A DNA stretch of 44,019 nucleotides, from positions 1-44,019 of the forward strand of contig CAVYBH010000018.1 in assembly GCA_963766715.1 (NCBI GenBank). The letters are read 5' to 3'. Made by a program: the position numbers and the translations under genes. This stretch comes from an uncultured delta proteobacterium (GTDB taxonomy: Bacteria; Myxococcota; Myxococcia; Myxococcales; Anaeromyxobacteraceae). Positions 12,101-21,438 of this stretch are shown piece by piece. Numbering within the stretch: position 1 is the stretch's first letter; the number at the start of each line of letters is the position of its first letter. A model generated the notes under the pieces. The model did not search any database. It saw nothing but the letters and a program-made list of their open reading frames with translations, and was not told the DNA's origin.

Positions 12101-12140
12101 GACGTGCGCCAACAGCTGCCACGGACGCGAGACCTGGTAG
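9140..12140 (+). CDS. Lipoprotein multiheme cytochrome c, ~999 aa, ~27 heme-type motifs
   Basis: [24 protein letters not shown] signal/lipobox; indels near 10950, 11230, 11292, 11708, 12007; 21 CxxCH plus 6 CxxxCH/CxxxxCH; module variant with CAASYCH and [12 protein letters not shown]. Confidence 0.85.
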
Positions 12141-12159
12141 GCCTCCCCGGGGTTCCGGA

Positions 12160-12402
12160 CTACTCGAGGCGGGCCTTCACCGGGCCCGCCTCGGGCGCGC
12201 GCGACGGTACGCCCACCACGGCGGCCGCCAGCGCGAAGAAGGCGGCGGTCCGCCAGGGCGAGGACGTGAGCGCACAGGTCCCGTCCGCCCGGCAGCCGAC
12301 GAGCTGGTAGTACACGACGCCGGCGATCGCCCCGACGCCGGCGAAGATCGCCGTGCGCCAGTGCGAGCTCCACAGCTTCTTCCACTTCCCTGCGCCATCC
12401 AT
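12160..12402 (-). CDS. Small membrane protein with CxxxxxC motif (DUF6132-like), 80 aa
   Basis: [34 protein letters not shown] matches the DUF6132 pattern as I recall it. Confidence 0.65.
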   Translation of the reverse strand: MDGAGKWKKLWSSHWRTAIFAGVGAIAGVVYYQLVGCRADGTCALTSSPWRTAAFFALAAAVVGVPSRAPEAGPVKARLE

Positions 12403-12528
12403 CGCCAGGCTCCGTCTTCCGGGTTCGGCCCGCTTCCGCGCTTCCGGGGGCGGGGCCTTGATGATACGCAGGTTGGAGCCCAGTCGCCGCGGAAGGGTTC
12501 CCCGCCCCCGCCGGATCGGAGTCCGTCG

Positions 12529-13644
12529 ATGTCCCGCGCCTTCTCGTTGCCGTCCCTGATCCTGCTCCTCGCCTCCGGGCCCGCCTGCACGGCGCCCGAC
12601 CGGGCGCGCCCCGCCATGCCGGCGCCAGGTGCGCAGGCCGCGCCGGAATGGGAGCTCGAGAACCCGGTCCGGCCCCTGCCGATCCCGCCGCTGGGCGTCT
12701 CCGGCGAGGTGGCCGACCTGCAGCCCCGCGTCACCCCGGAGAAGGTCCGGCTCGGCCGCTGGCTCTTCTACGACAAGCGGCTCTCGTCCGACGGCACGGT
12801 CTCCTGCGCATCGTGCCACGAGCCAGCGGCGGGGTTCAGCGAGCGCGACCCGGTCTCCACGGGCGTGAAGGGCCAGAAGGGCACCCGCAAGGCCCCCCCG
12901 ATCCTCAACGCCGCGTTCCCCATCTACCCGGTGTGGTTCTGGGACGGGCGGGCCACCTCGCTCGCCGAGCAGGCCATGGGGCCCATGGAGAACCCGGTGG
13001 AGATGGGCATGACCCACGCCGGCATCGAGTCCACCGTCCGCGCCATCCCGGGGTACGCGCGGTACTTCATCGAGGCCTTCGGGGACGCCCACGTCGACGT
13101 GGACCGGGTCGCCGAGGCCATCGCCGCGTACGAGGCCACGCGCCTCTCGGGGAACTCGGCCTTCGACCGCTGGGACGCGGGCAATCCTGCCGCCCTCGAC
13201 GATCTCCAGAAGCTCGGCTTCGGCGTCTTCTTCGGGAAGGGCGCGTGCAACCAGTGTCACCTGGGGATGAACCTCACCGACTCGCGCTTCCACAACCTGG
13301 GAGTCGGCTGGCGCCAGCCCGCGCCGGGCGACGATCCGGCCAGCGGCTTCGCCGACCCGGGACGCGCCAAGGTGACGGGTCAGGCCCGGGACACCGGCGC
13401 CTTCAAGACGCCCACGCTGCGCGACGTCTCGCGCCGCGCCCCGTACATGCACGACGGGTCGGTGGCGACGCTTCGCGAGGTGGTCGAGCTGTACGACAGG
13501 GGCGGCGTCGCCAACCCCTGGCTGTCAGCCGAGATGAAACCCCTCCACCTCTCGCCGCGCGAGGTGGACGCACTCGTCGCCTTCCTGAAGGCGCTCGACG
13601 GCGAGGGCTTCGAGGACGTGGCGCCGCGCAGCTTCCCGCGCTGA
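12529..13644 (+). CDS. Diheme cytochrome c peroxidase / MauG family protein
   Basis: Signal peptide; [48 protein letters not shown] motifs; GGAG RBS. Confidence 0.9.
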   Translation: MSRAFSLPSLILLLASGPACTAPDRARPAMPAPGAQAAPEWELENPVRPLPIPPLGVSGEVADLQPRVTPEKVRLGRWLFYDKRLSSDGTVSCASCHEPAAGFSERDPVSTGVKGQKGTRKAPPILNAAFPIYPVWFWDGRATSLAEQAMGPMENPVEMGMTHAGIESTVRAIPGYARYFIEAFGDAHVDVDRVAEAIAAYEATRLSGNSAFDRWDAGNPAALDDLQKLGFGVFFGKGACNQCHLGMNLTDSRFHNLGVGWRQPAPGDDPASGFADPGRAKVTGQARDTGAFKTPTLRDVSRRAPYMHDGSVATLREVVELYDRGGVANPWLSAEMKPLHLSPREVDALVAFLKALDGEGFEDVAPRSFPR

Positions 13645-13655
13645 CGCCACGCAGT

Positions 13656-13847
13656 TCACCAGATGGGACGGTTGGCCTGGAGCCGCGCGTAGCGGTTGGG
13701 CGCGAAGCGCTTGAACGCCACGAGCATCGGGATGGCGATGATGGCGAGCATCAGCACGGCCAGGATCACCCCGACGACCGCGTAGCCCACCGATACCGCG
13801 CCGAGACCGAAGAACCCGAGAACCGGAACCAAGAGGATCTTCTTCAT
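13656..13847 (-). CDS. Small hydrophobic membrane protein, 63 aa
   Basis: GGAGGG RBS before ATG 13847; two hydrophobic stretches then a basic tail. Confidence 0.6.
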   Translation of the reverse strand: MKKILLVPVLGFFGLGAVSVGYAVVGVILAVLMLAIIAIPMLVAFKRFAPNRYARLQANRPIW

Positions 13848-13867
13848 TCGTCTACCCTCCGTCCAGG

Positions 13868-13884
13868 TGCGCATGGATTGCGCA
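13868..13884. promoter_or_regulatory. 17-bp palindrome TGCGCA-N5-TGCGCA, candidate operator
   Basis: TGCGCATGGATTGCGCA, 20 nt upstream of the 13847 start. Confidence 0.3.
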
Positions 13885-14076
13885 GCCCGTGCTAGGAGTG
13901 AAGTCTGGCGCCTTTTCCTGAAGAATGTCCATGAGACAGCCGATTGACCTACCCCGCTTGGACTGATTGGCGAGTCGCTTTTTGCGCGACCGCTCAGCCG
14001 GCAAAAATAGACCTGTCCTGTCCATGTACAGCCCTAACTGGGCATCAACGCAGAATTTTGTGACGGTCGCACGGCG

Positions 14077-14982
14077 TCAGGATCGACGCGGCAAGGGCTC
14101 GAGAAGGGTCTTCCCGCGGCGTCGGACGACGAGCTCCGCGACGACCAGCCCCACCCCTCCGAGCACGACGGCGCCCGCCAGCACTTCTCCCACGACGCCT
14201 CTCGCCCCCTCGGTGGCGGTGCCCATTCGCAGGCACCCGTGCCAGACCGCGGCCGCGGCGATGCTCCCCCCGGTGCGCGCCACCACGAAGGCCAGCACCA
14301 CCGACGACGCCACCAGGAGCACGACACCCACGGTGAGAGGGACGAGGGCACCCTGGCCGGACTCCCGCCAGGCGTTGTTCACCAGCAGCAAAGGAAGCAG
14401 CCAGGCGCCCCACGGCAGGGCCGACAGCAGGGCCCCTCCGAGCGGGCCCCGGCTCGACTGGAGCCGAGGGAGCGCCATCCCTCGCCAGCCAATCTCCTGC
14501 CCGAAGCCGACTCCGGCGACGACCAGGTCGAAGACGGTGACGAGCGGCAGCACCGGGATGCCGGGATACCGGGCGAAGAGCTCGAGGGCCGGGACCGGCC
14601 TGCCCAGCGCCGCCAGGACCCCCAGCGTCGCCAGCGCCACCCAGAGCGGGCTGGGCGCGAGCAGCCAGAGCCAGGGAGACCGCAGGGGAATCCGGACCAC
14701 GCGCAGCCCGAGCTCCTTCAGGCCCTTCTCGCCACCCGCCATGGCGGTCACCGCGAACGCGGCGAAGGCCGGACCCGCCATCCCGGCCATGTCGGTGGGG
14801 AGCCGGCCGAAGACAATCCGATCCCCGCTGGCCGCCAGCGAGAGCCAGTCGGACCAGGAGAAGGCGAAGGCGGTGACGAGATAGGCGCCGAACGGGTGCG
14901 CCCGGACGAGCCTCAGGGTCGCCGCGACCGCCGCTGCGAGCGCCTCTAGGACCGCCGCTAGCACCGCCGCGCGATCGTTCAA
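14077..14982 (-). CDS. CPBP/Abi (CAAX protease family) intramembrane protein
   Basis: GFGQEIGWRG and AVWHG motifs, multiple TM segments; TTG start overlaps the upstream gene's TGA (TTGA). The EE motif reads QE, so catalysis is uncertain. Confidence 0.75.
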   Translation of the reverse strand: MNDRAAVLAAVLEALAAAVAATLRLVRAHPFGAYLVTAFAFSWSDWLSLAASGDRIVFGRLPTDMAGMAGPAFAAFAVTAMAGGEKGLKELGLRVVRIPLRSPWLWLLAPSPLWVALATLGVLAALGRPVPALELFARYPGIPVLPLVTVFDLVVAGVGFGQEIGWRGMALPRLQSSRGPLGGALLSALPWGAWLLPLLLVNNAWRESGQGALVPLTVGVVLLVASSVVLAFVVARTGGSIAAAAVWHGCLRMGTATEGARGVVGEVLAGAVVLGGVGLVVAELVVRRRGKTLLEPLPRRS

Positions 14983-15339
14983 CCCGGTCGTCCCACGAAC
15001 CAGGAGAGGAGCAGGTTCACGACGCTGACCACGAGCGCGCCCAGGAATGCGGCCACGAATCCCTTCACCTGGAAGCCGAGCCCCAGCGAGCCGGAGATGG
15101 CCGAGGTGATCCACAGCGCGAGCGCGTTCACCACGAAGAGGAACAGGCCGAGCGTGAGCAGGATGAAGGGAATCGAGAAGAACGCCAGGATCGGCTTCAC
15201 GAACGCGTTCACGAGGCCGAAGACCAGGGCCACGCCGAGGAAGCCGGCGACGCCTCCCTGGTAGGTGATCCCGGAGACGAGACGCATCGGCCACCCAGAG
15301 GGCGGCGGCGTTGAGCAGCAGCCGGAGGATGAGTTCCAT
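14979..15339 (-). CDS. 4-TM 'phage holin family' (YvlD/DUF360-like) membrane protein
   Basis: RLLLNAAALWVA...GLVNAFVKPILAFFSIPFILLTLGLFLFVVNA; one indel near 15288. Confidence 0.8.
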
Positions 15340-15402
15340 CCGTGCATCGTACCGGGGCGGCGGCGCGCCCGCCCCGGCCTTGTTGGGGCCCGCCGGCATT
15401 CG

Positions 15403-15983
15403 CTACGGGTGAGGCGCGGGCGTGAGGACCTGCGCACCCTTCCGGGCCAGGAGGCCCAGCATGACGTAGTTCCAGCCCTGGAAGATCATGTCGATGGCGA
15501 CGAAGAGCCCGATCACCCAGAGCGAAGAGGCGGGCCAGCCGTTCCAGATGAGCATGCCCAGGACAATCGAGACCACGCCGTTGAAGAGGCCCCACCCCCA
15601 GCCGGGATGGCGGCTGCTGATGGCGCCCAGCGACCGGAACGCCCCCAGGACCAGGAAGTAGGCGGCCATGAAGAGGGTCAGACCTCCATGCCGGCCAGCG
15701 GCCGGGTCCAGATGAGGACCCCGGCGATGATCGAGAGGAGGCCGCCGATGAGGAAGAGGAAGAAGCCCGACCACTTCTGGTGGCGGAAGGCCTGGACGAT
15801 CTCGACCACGCCGTAGACCACCAGCAGGCCGCCGATGAAGATGGTGGTGACGACGCCCACGGCCACGCTGTAGCTCAGGCCGGCCAGGCCCGCGATCTCG
15901 AGGATGACGCCCCAGGCGAGCAGCCAGCCCCAGGCCTTCTTCAGCTCTCCCGCCACCGCTGCCTTCGCGTCGACCATCACCAT
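15403..15983 (-). CDS. HdeD/DUF308 family membrane protein
   Basis: GGAGG RBS; WGWLLAWGV...GVVEIVQAF...WGWGLFNGVVSIVLG...WPASSLWVIGLFVAID; one indel near 15681. Confidence 0.8.
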
Positions 15984-16124
15984 GTGGTTCGTCCTCCCGG
16001 ACTCCCTCATGCCCCGGGGGAGGTCGAACCGATAGACCCTTGATGGGGCCGCGATTCGATCACGAAAAGTGAAATGCCCGGCAGGGGCGTCCGGCTGTCA
16101 GACCGGGCCCGTACCCTCCGTTCC

Positions 16125-16949
16125 GTGACACCGCGCCGATTCGTCGCCCTCGACCTCGAGACGGTCCCCGACGAGGACCTGGTCGCCGCCGTGGACGGCG
16201 AGCCGGCCCGCCCCTACCCGGAGAAGCTCCGGCGGCTGCTCGACGAGCGGCGCACCCGCAGCGGCGGGCGCACCGACTTCCTGCCCACCCCCTACCACCG
16301 GCCGGTCGCGGCCTGCACCCTCGAGGCCGAGGAGCGGGACGGCGTGGTGCGGGTGGTCGACGCCTCCGCCTGGACCGACCGCAGCGGCCCGGACGAGGCC
16401 ACCTTCCTGCGCCGCACCTGGCAGCGCATCGCCGGCCGCACCGTGGTGTCGTTCCACGGGCGCGGGTTCGACCTGCCCGTCCTCGAGCTGCGGTCGCTCA
16501 AGCTCGGCGTGCCGGCCACCCGGTGGTTCCAGGGCGCGCGCGCCGAGGGAGCCGAGGAGCATCTCGACCTGCTCGACCTGCTCTCCAACGGGCGCGCCTC
16601 GCCGGCGGCCCCCCTCGACCTCTACGCCAAGCTGGTCGGCCTGCCGGGCAAGGAGGGCGTGGCGGGTCGCGACGTGCACTCCCTGTACGTCTCGGGAGCG
16701 CTCAATCGCATCGCCGCCTACTGCATGACGGACGTCCTGCAGACCTGGCTCTTGTTCCTGAGGTTCCGGCTGGTGGAGGGGACGCTCACGCGCGAGGGCT
16801 ACGACGCCAGCGTGCGGTCCGTGAGGGACGACCTTCCCCCCATGGCGCGGCGCAGCCTGGCCCCGGAGGGGGTGCGGCTGCTCGACGGCTTCCTGGAGCG
16901 GAGCGCGACGTTCCTCGGCCAGCCCGCTCCGGCACGCCAGGCGCGCTGA
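16125..16949 (+). CDS. Stand-alone PolB-like DEDD 3'-5' exonuclease
   Basis: LDLETVPD (ExoI), SFHGRGFDLPVL (ExoII), YCMTDV (ExoIII); start GTG 16125 (ATG 16074 is the alternative). Confidence 0.8.
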   Translation: MTPRRFVALDLETVPDEDLVAAVDGEPARPYPEKLRRLLDERRTRSGGRTDFLPTPYHRPVAACTLEAEERDGVVRVVDASAWTDRSGPDEATFLRRTWQRIAGRTVVSFHGRGFDLPVLELRSLKLGVPATRWFQGARAEGAEEHLDLLDLLSNGRASPAAPLDLYAKLVGLPGKEGVAGRDVHSLYVSGALNRIAAYCMTDVLQTWLLFLRFRLVEGTLTREGYDASVRSVRDDLPPMARRSLAPEGVRLLDGFLERSATFLGQPAPARQAR

Positions 16950-16975
16950 ACGCGCCCGGCGAGCGGGAACCGGGG

Positions 16976-17107
16976 CTACCGCGGGGACTTCTTGGCCCTG
17001 CGCTTGCGCTTCACCGACCGGACGCTGGCGCGCTTGGCCGCGGTCCGCTTCACCTTGCTGCGGTTCTTCACCTTGCGCTTCGACCGATTCGTGCGTTGAG
17101 TCGCCAT
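16976..17107 (-). CDS. Uncalled 43-aa Lys/Arg-rich small protein
   Basis: GAGGAGG RBS, own TTGACG-N16-TACACT promoter, G/C-ending codons; MATQRTNRSKRKVKNRSKVKRTAAKRASVRSVKRKRRAKKSPR. Confidence 0.75.
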   Translation of the reverse strand: MATQRTNRSKRKVKNRSKVKRTAAKRASVRSVKRKRRAKKSPR

Positions 17108-17132
17108 CTGGTTCCTCCTCGTAGGGGCCGGC

Positions 17133-17160
17133 AGTGTATGCAGCGCCGGCGCGCCGTCAA
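17133..17160 (-). promoter_or_regulatory. Sigma70-type promoter of the small basic protein
   Basis: TTGACG (17160-17155), 16-nt spacer, TACACT (17138-17133). Confidence 0.65.
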
Positions 17161-17176
17161 CCCGGACCTCCTCGCC

Positions 17177-18280
17177 TCAGGCGATCCAGTCCTTCTCCCG
17201 CAGCTTCGTCGGCAGGTACTCCTCGGTGATGAAGGAGATCCCGCGGCGTGAAAGGGCCTCGAGCTCGTACTTCACGCCCGACCGCACCATCTCCTGGATC
17301 TCGTGCTGCCACTGCTTGGCCTGGAACCAGGGGTACGCCAGCATCTGCTTGGCGCGGGCCACGTCCCCGTCGTCCATCTTGATGGCCACGTTGGACGGCA
17401 GCTTGTAGGTCACCTTGTCGAAGGAGGACAGCCCGATGAAGCGGGCGTCGGGCACCGCCATCCGCATCGACTCGAAGGCCAGGTTGATCGACCCCTGCTT
17501 GACCACCGAGTAGATGTAGAAGCCCCACGGGTCGTTGTCGACCAGCACGTACACCGGGAGTCCCAGCTCGCGGTGGAGGCGCTGCACCAGCCGCCGGACC
17601 CCGCGGGGCGGCTGCCCCCCGCCGTGGATGATGATGGCGTTCTGGCGCTTCCAGAACTTGTCCTCGTTGAACCGGCTCCAGACCGCGTCCTTCTCCACGA
17701 GCAGCACGTACTTCGCCTCGTGGCGCCCGAACTGGATGACGTTCTCCTCGACGATGGAGGGCACGCCCCAGCCGCCCGAGCCCATGCGCCGCAGGTCGAT
17801 GGTGTCGCCCGAGTCGCGGATGGTGATGGGGCCGACCATGGTCCCCTTCCGCGAGGCGAACAGGTGCAGCTCCTCGCGCAGCGCGTCGAGCGCCACCTCG
17901 ATGTCCTCGATGATGGGATCCGACTCGTCCTGCTCCTCGAAGGTGTTCTGCTTGGTGTCGCCGATGGTGTGCTTGGTGATGTAGTAGAGGTCGCGGATGC
18001 TGGTGGTCTTCCCCGACTCGATGAGCTCCTTGCAGGACTCCGAGACCAGGAAGGTCTGCATGAACTTCTTGGCCATCGAGACGTTGAAGAAATAGCGCTT
18101 CTGCCGCTGGTTCCCCAGCTCCACCACCCGCTTCTTCTCGTTGAAGCGCACGTTGGCCAGGCTGCGCACCGGGATCTCGACGAAGGGGTTGCCGCCCCCC
18201 TTCACCGCCCGGACGACCGACTCGGCCAGCTTCTCGATCTTCGCCACCGTCTTCTTCGACACCGCGTCCATGCGCGCCAT
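17177..18280 (-). CDS. top6A: DNA topoisomerase VI subunit A (Spo11 family)
   Basis: SIRDLYY catalytic Tyr motif, FEEQDESD, VEKDAV and DNDPWG TOPRIM motifs, KYELEAL. Confidence 0.95.
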   Translation of the reverse strand: MARMDAVSKKTVAKIEKLAESVVRAVKGGGNPFVEIPVRSLANVRFNEKKRVVELGNQRQKRYFFNVSMAKKFMQTFLVSESCKELIESGKTTSIRDLYYITKHTIGDTKQNTFEEQDESDPIIEDIEVALDALREELHLFASRKGTMVGPITIRDSGDTIDLRRMGSGGWGVPSIVEENVIQFGRHEAKYVLLVEKDAVWSRFNEDKFWKRQNAIIIHGGGQPPRGVRRLVQRLHRELGLPVYVLVDNDPWGFYIYSVVKQGSINLAFESMRMAVPDARFIGLSSFDKVTYKLPSNVAIKMDDGDVARAKQMLAYPWFQAKQWQHEIQEMVRSGVKYELEALSRRGISFITEEYLPTKLREKDWIA

Positions 18281-18283
18281 GGC

Positions 18284-20342
18284 CTACTCGTCCTCCTCGG
18301 AGCGCCGCGGGCGCCTCGACGTCTTCTCGGCCGCTTCCTCGAGCTTCGCGTCCTGCGAGGCGAGGTCGGCCTCGGTGACCTTCTCGGCCACCCGCATGAA
18401 CTCCCGGCGGATGGGGTCGGGGCTTCGCCCCACGATCTTGCCGATGGCCTGGGCCACCTCGTGGATGTAGAGCTCGAAGATGGAGCGGCGCTGGGCCTGG
18501 TAGTCGGCGTGCTGCCGCTTGCGGATGTGGGCCGCCAGCTTGCGGCCGCACTCCTGCGCGGCCAGCTGGATCTCCCGGAGGATCTCCGGGTAGTGGGCCA
18601 CCGCCTCCTTCGACTCGCTCGTGAAGGGCACCCAGACCGAGGCGATGTGCACGAGCAGCGCCATGGGCCCCACCGGCAGCGAGCCCTTGGGCTGGCTGAG
18701 CAGGTAGTTGCGCCAGTCGGTCTTCACGATCGCCTCGGTGATGCCGCAGGCGGCCTCGCTGGAAGAGGAGCGGGACCCGGTTGGCGAACCGGAAGAGCTC
18801 GATCTGCTTGTCGGCCGGCCAGCTGCCGCCGTAGGCGAGGCCCACCTCGACCTGGAACGGATTTCCCCGGTACACGCGGGGCGGACGCGTCACGGTGGCG
18901 ATGAAGTAGTCGTGACCCTTGATCTTCTCGACCCCCTCCTCGGCCTCCGGCTGCCCGGGCTCGGGGGGCGGCTCCTCGGCGGGCTTCGCCTTCTTGCCCT
19001 TCCCCTTCTTCTTCCCGGCCTGGTCGAGGTCGAGCTGCCCGTCCTCGCCGTCCGGCCCCTCGGTCTCGACCACCGAGAGGAAGGAGACGAGCCCCTGCCG
19101 CATCAGCGCGTCGCCGATGGGCGAGAGGCAGTTCACCGGCGGGGCCATGATCTTCGTCTTCTGGATGCCGGCGTGGAGCTTGGCGGCCAGGTCGCGGTCG
19201 CCGGCGATCTGGCGCGGACGGAGCCGCTCCTTGAGCCCGGCGGCGGAGAGGATCTCGCTCGCCACCTGGGAGGAGACCCGGCTGAAGGAGGTCTGGAGGA
19301 ACCCCTTCACGTCGTGGCTCTTGGAGTCCCCCGCCATCGTCATGAGCGCGCCCAGCTCGACGCCGTGCGGGTGGGGCCGGATCTCCAGCGCCTCCTTGGG
19401 GAGCTCGCTCGTGGCGCGCGGGAAGGAGAGCCGGGACTGCTTGGGCCGGACGTAGTGCACCACGCAGTGCGGGTTCGCGAGCGCGGTGTGCTCCACGTAG
19501 CGGTTCACGAACTTCTGGCCGGCCTGCCAGTTGGCGACGATCTCCAGCTCGACCCGGGTCCCGTGCTCCTGGTGCCAGTCCGGCAGCGCCTCGTCCCGCG
19601 TCACCACCGGGCTGTTCTTGCGCGTGTCGATCTGGATGTCGAAGGAGTGGGTCGGCTTGCCCTTGCCGGTGCGCGAGACCACGCGGATGGGCTGGCCGGT
19701 GGTGAGCTGCCCGTACATGGCCGCGGCGCTGATGCCGATGCCCTGCTGCCCGCGGGACTGCTTCAGCCGGTGGAACTTGGAGCCGTAGAGCAGCTGGCCG
19801 AAGATCTTGGGGGCCTGGGCCTTCACGATGCCGGGCCCGTTGTCCTCCACCGCCACCACGAAGCGCCCCTCGCCCTTGGTGAGCTCGCCCGAGGTCTCGA
19901 AGCCCAGGTCGCGGACCTCGATGGAGATCTCGGGAAGGATGCCGGCCTCCTCGCAGGCGTCGAGCGAGTTGTCGACGGCCTCCTTGATGGTGGTCAGCAG
20001 CGCCTTCGACGGGTTGTCGAAGCCCAGCAGGTGGCGGTTCTTGGTGAAGAACTCGGAGATCGAGAATCTCGCGCTGCCGGGTGGCCATCTGCTCGGCCGT
20101 GGCGCGGCGCTTGGGGCGTGGCGGCTCGGCACGGAAGGGGGGGCCGGGAGCTCTGCGGCCGGGAGCTCGGGCTGCCGTTCCGGCGGAGCCTTCGGCACGC
20201 CGGCCCGGGTGCCCACGCGCTTGGACGGCGCTCCCTTCGCGGCCACGCCCTTCGCCGCGGGCGCCCGGGGAGGCGGGGTCGCCACCGCCACGAGCTCGAG
20301 CTGCCGCTGACCCCGGTCCGATTTCGCCGCCTTCGCCGCCAT
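18284..20342 (-). CDS. top6B: DNA topoisomerase VI subunit B (GHKL ATPase)
   Basis: SISEFFTKNRHLLGFDN, KEAVDNSLDA, DNGPGI, GSKFH..QSRGQQGIGISAA, RFANRVPLL, VPFTSESKEA; indels near 20140, 20065, 18755. Confidence 0.93.
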
Positions 20343-20447
20343 ACCCGCCTCCGATATCGCCCGGATTCGCGTGTACCACGGACCGGACCCCGACGCTAAC
20401 TCTCGGACGGGCCACGGGAATTCCCGGAACCTTCGCTCCGGATCGGT

Positions 20448-20475
20448 TTGACCGGCTCCCGGGGCTGGTTACATT
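20448..20475 (+). promoter_or_regulatory. Sigma70-type promoter of htpX, probably leaderless
   Basis: TTGACC-N16-TACATT with an extended TGn; -10 element ends 7 nt before ATG 20483; no RBS. Confidence 0.6.
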
Positions 20476-20482
20476 GCGCCCC

Positions 20483-21431
20483 ATGGCATGGAACGAACCG
20501 ACCCCGACCTCGACGCGCGGAGCCACGGTCCGCAGCGCCCCGGCCCCGAAGATCGGCGGCTCGAAGCGGCTACCTCAAGACCTTCGTCCTGATGGCGGGC
20601 CTCATCGCGCTGCTGGGCATCCTCGGCAACATGGTGGGCGGCGCCCAGGGGATGCTGCTCTTCGGCGCGCTCGGCCTGGTGATGAACTTCGTCATGTACT
20701 GGTTCTCCGACCGGATCGCGCTGGCGACCAACGGGGCCCAGCCGGTGACGCGGGAGCAGCTCCCGGAGGTCTACGACATCGTCGAACGGCTCACGCGGAA
20801 GGAGGGGATGCCGATGCCGCGCATCTACCTCATCCCGTCCGAGACGCCGAACGCCTTCGCCACCGGGCGCAACCCGGAGCACGCCGCGGTCGCCGTCACC
20901 GAGGGGATCCTGCGCATCCTCGACCGCCGGCAGCTCGAGGGCGTGCTGGCCCACGAGCTCGCCCACGTGAAGAACCGGGACATCCTCATCGCCACCATCG
21001 CGGCCGGGCTGGCCGGGCTCATCGGGTCGCTCGGCCACATGATCCAGTGGGCCGGCATGTTCGGAAGCCTCGGGGCGCGCGACGACGGCGGCCGCGACAC
21101 CAACATCTTCGGCGCGCTGGCCTGGGCCATCCTGGCCCCCCTCATGGCCATGCTCATCCAGCTCGCCGTCTCGCGCTCGCGCGAGTACGCCGCCGACGCG
21201 ACCGGGGCCGGGATGACCGGCGATCCGGAGCCGCTGGCGCAGGCCCTGCTCGCGCTCGAGGGCGCCAACGAGCAGCGCCCGATGGAGCACGCCGGCCCCG
21301 CCACGGCCCACCTCTTCATCGTGAACCCGCTGCACGGACGGGCCTTCGCGAGCCTGCTCTCCACCCACCCGCCCATCGAGGACCGGGTGAAGCGGCTCCG
21401 CGAGATGCGGCCCGGCGTCCGGTTCACCTAG
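20483..21431 (+). CDS. htpX: Membrane zinc metalloprotease HtpX (M48)
   Basis: PNAFATGRNP, GVLAHELAHVKNRD, SRSREYAADA, LLSTHPPIEDRV; one indel near 20563. Confidence 0.92.
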
Positions 21432-21438
21432 GGGAAAC

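Noticed and set aside
429..12140. Programmed frameshifting, phase variation or pseudogenisation of the cytochromes
   Set aside because: Indels lack slippery heptamers or long SSRs, occur in housekeeping genes too, and I saw no in-frame stops or motif decay; sequencing error is simpler.
14979..15339. Prophage inferred from the 'phage holin family' gene
   Set aside because: This family is common in chromosomes; no endolysin, structural or integrase genes nearby.
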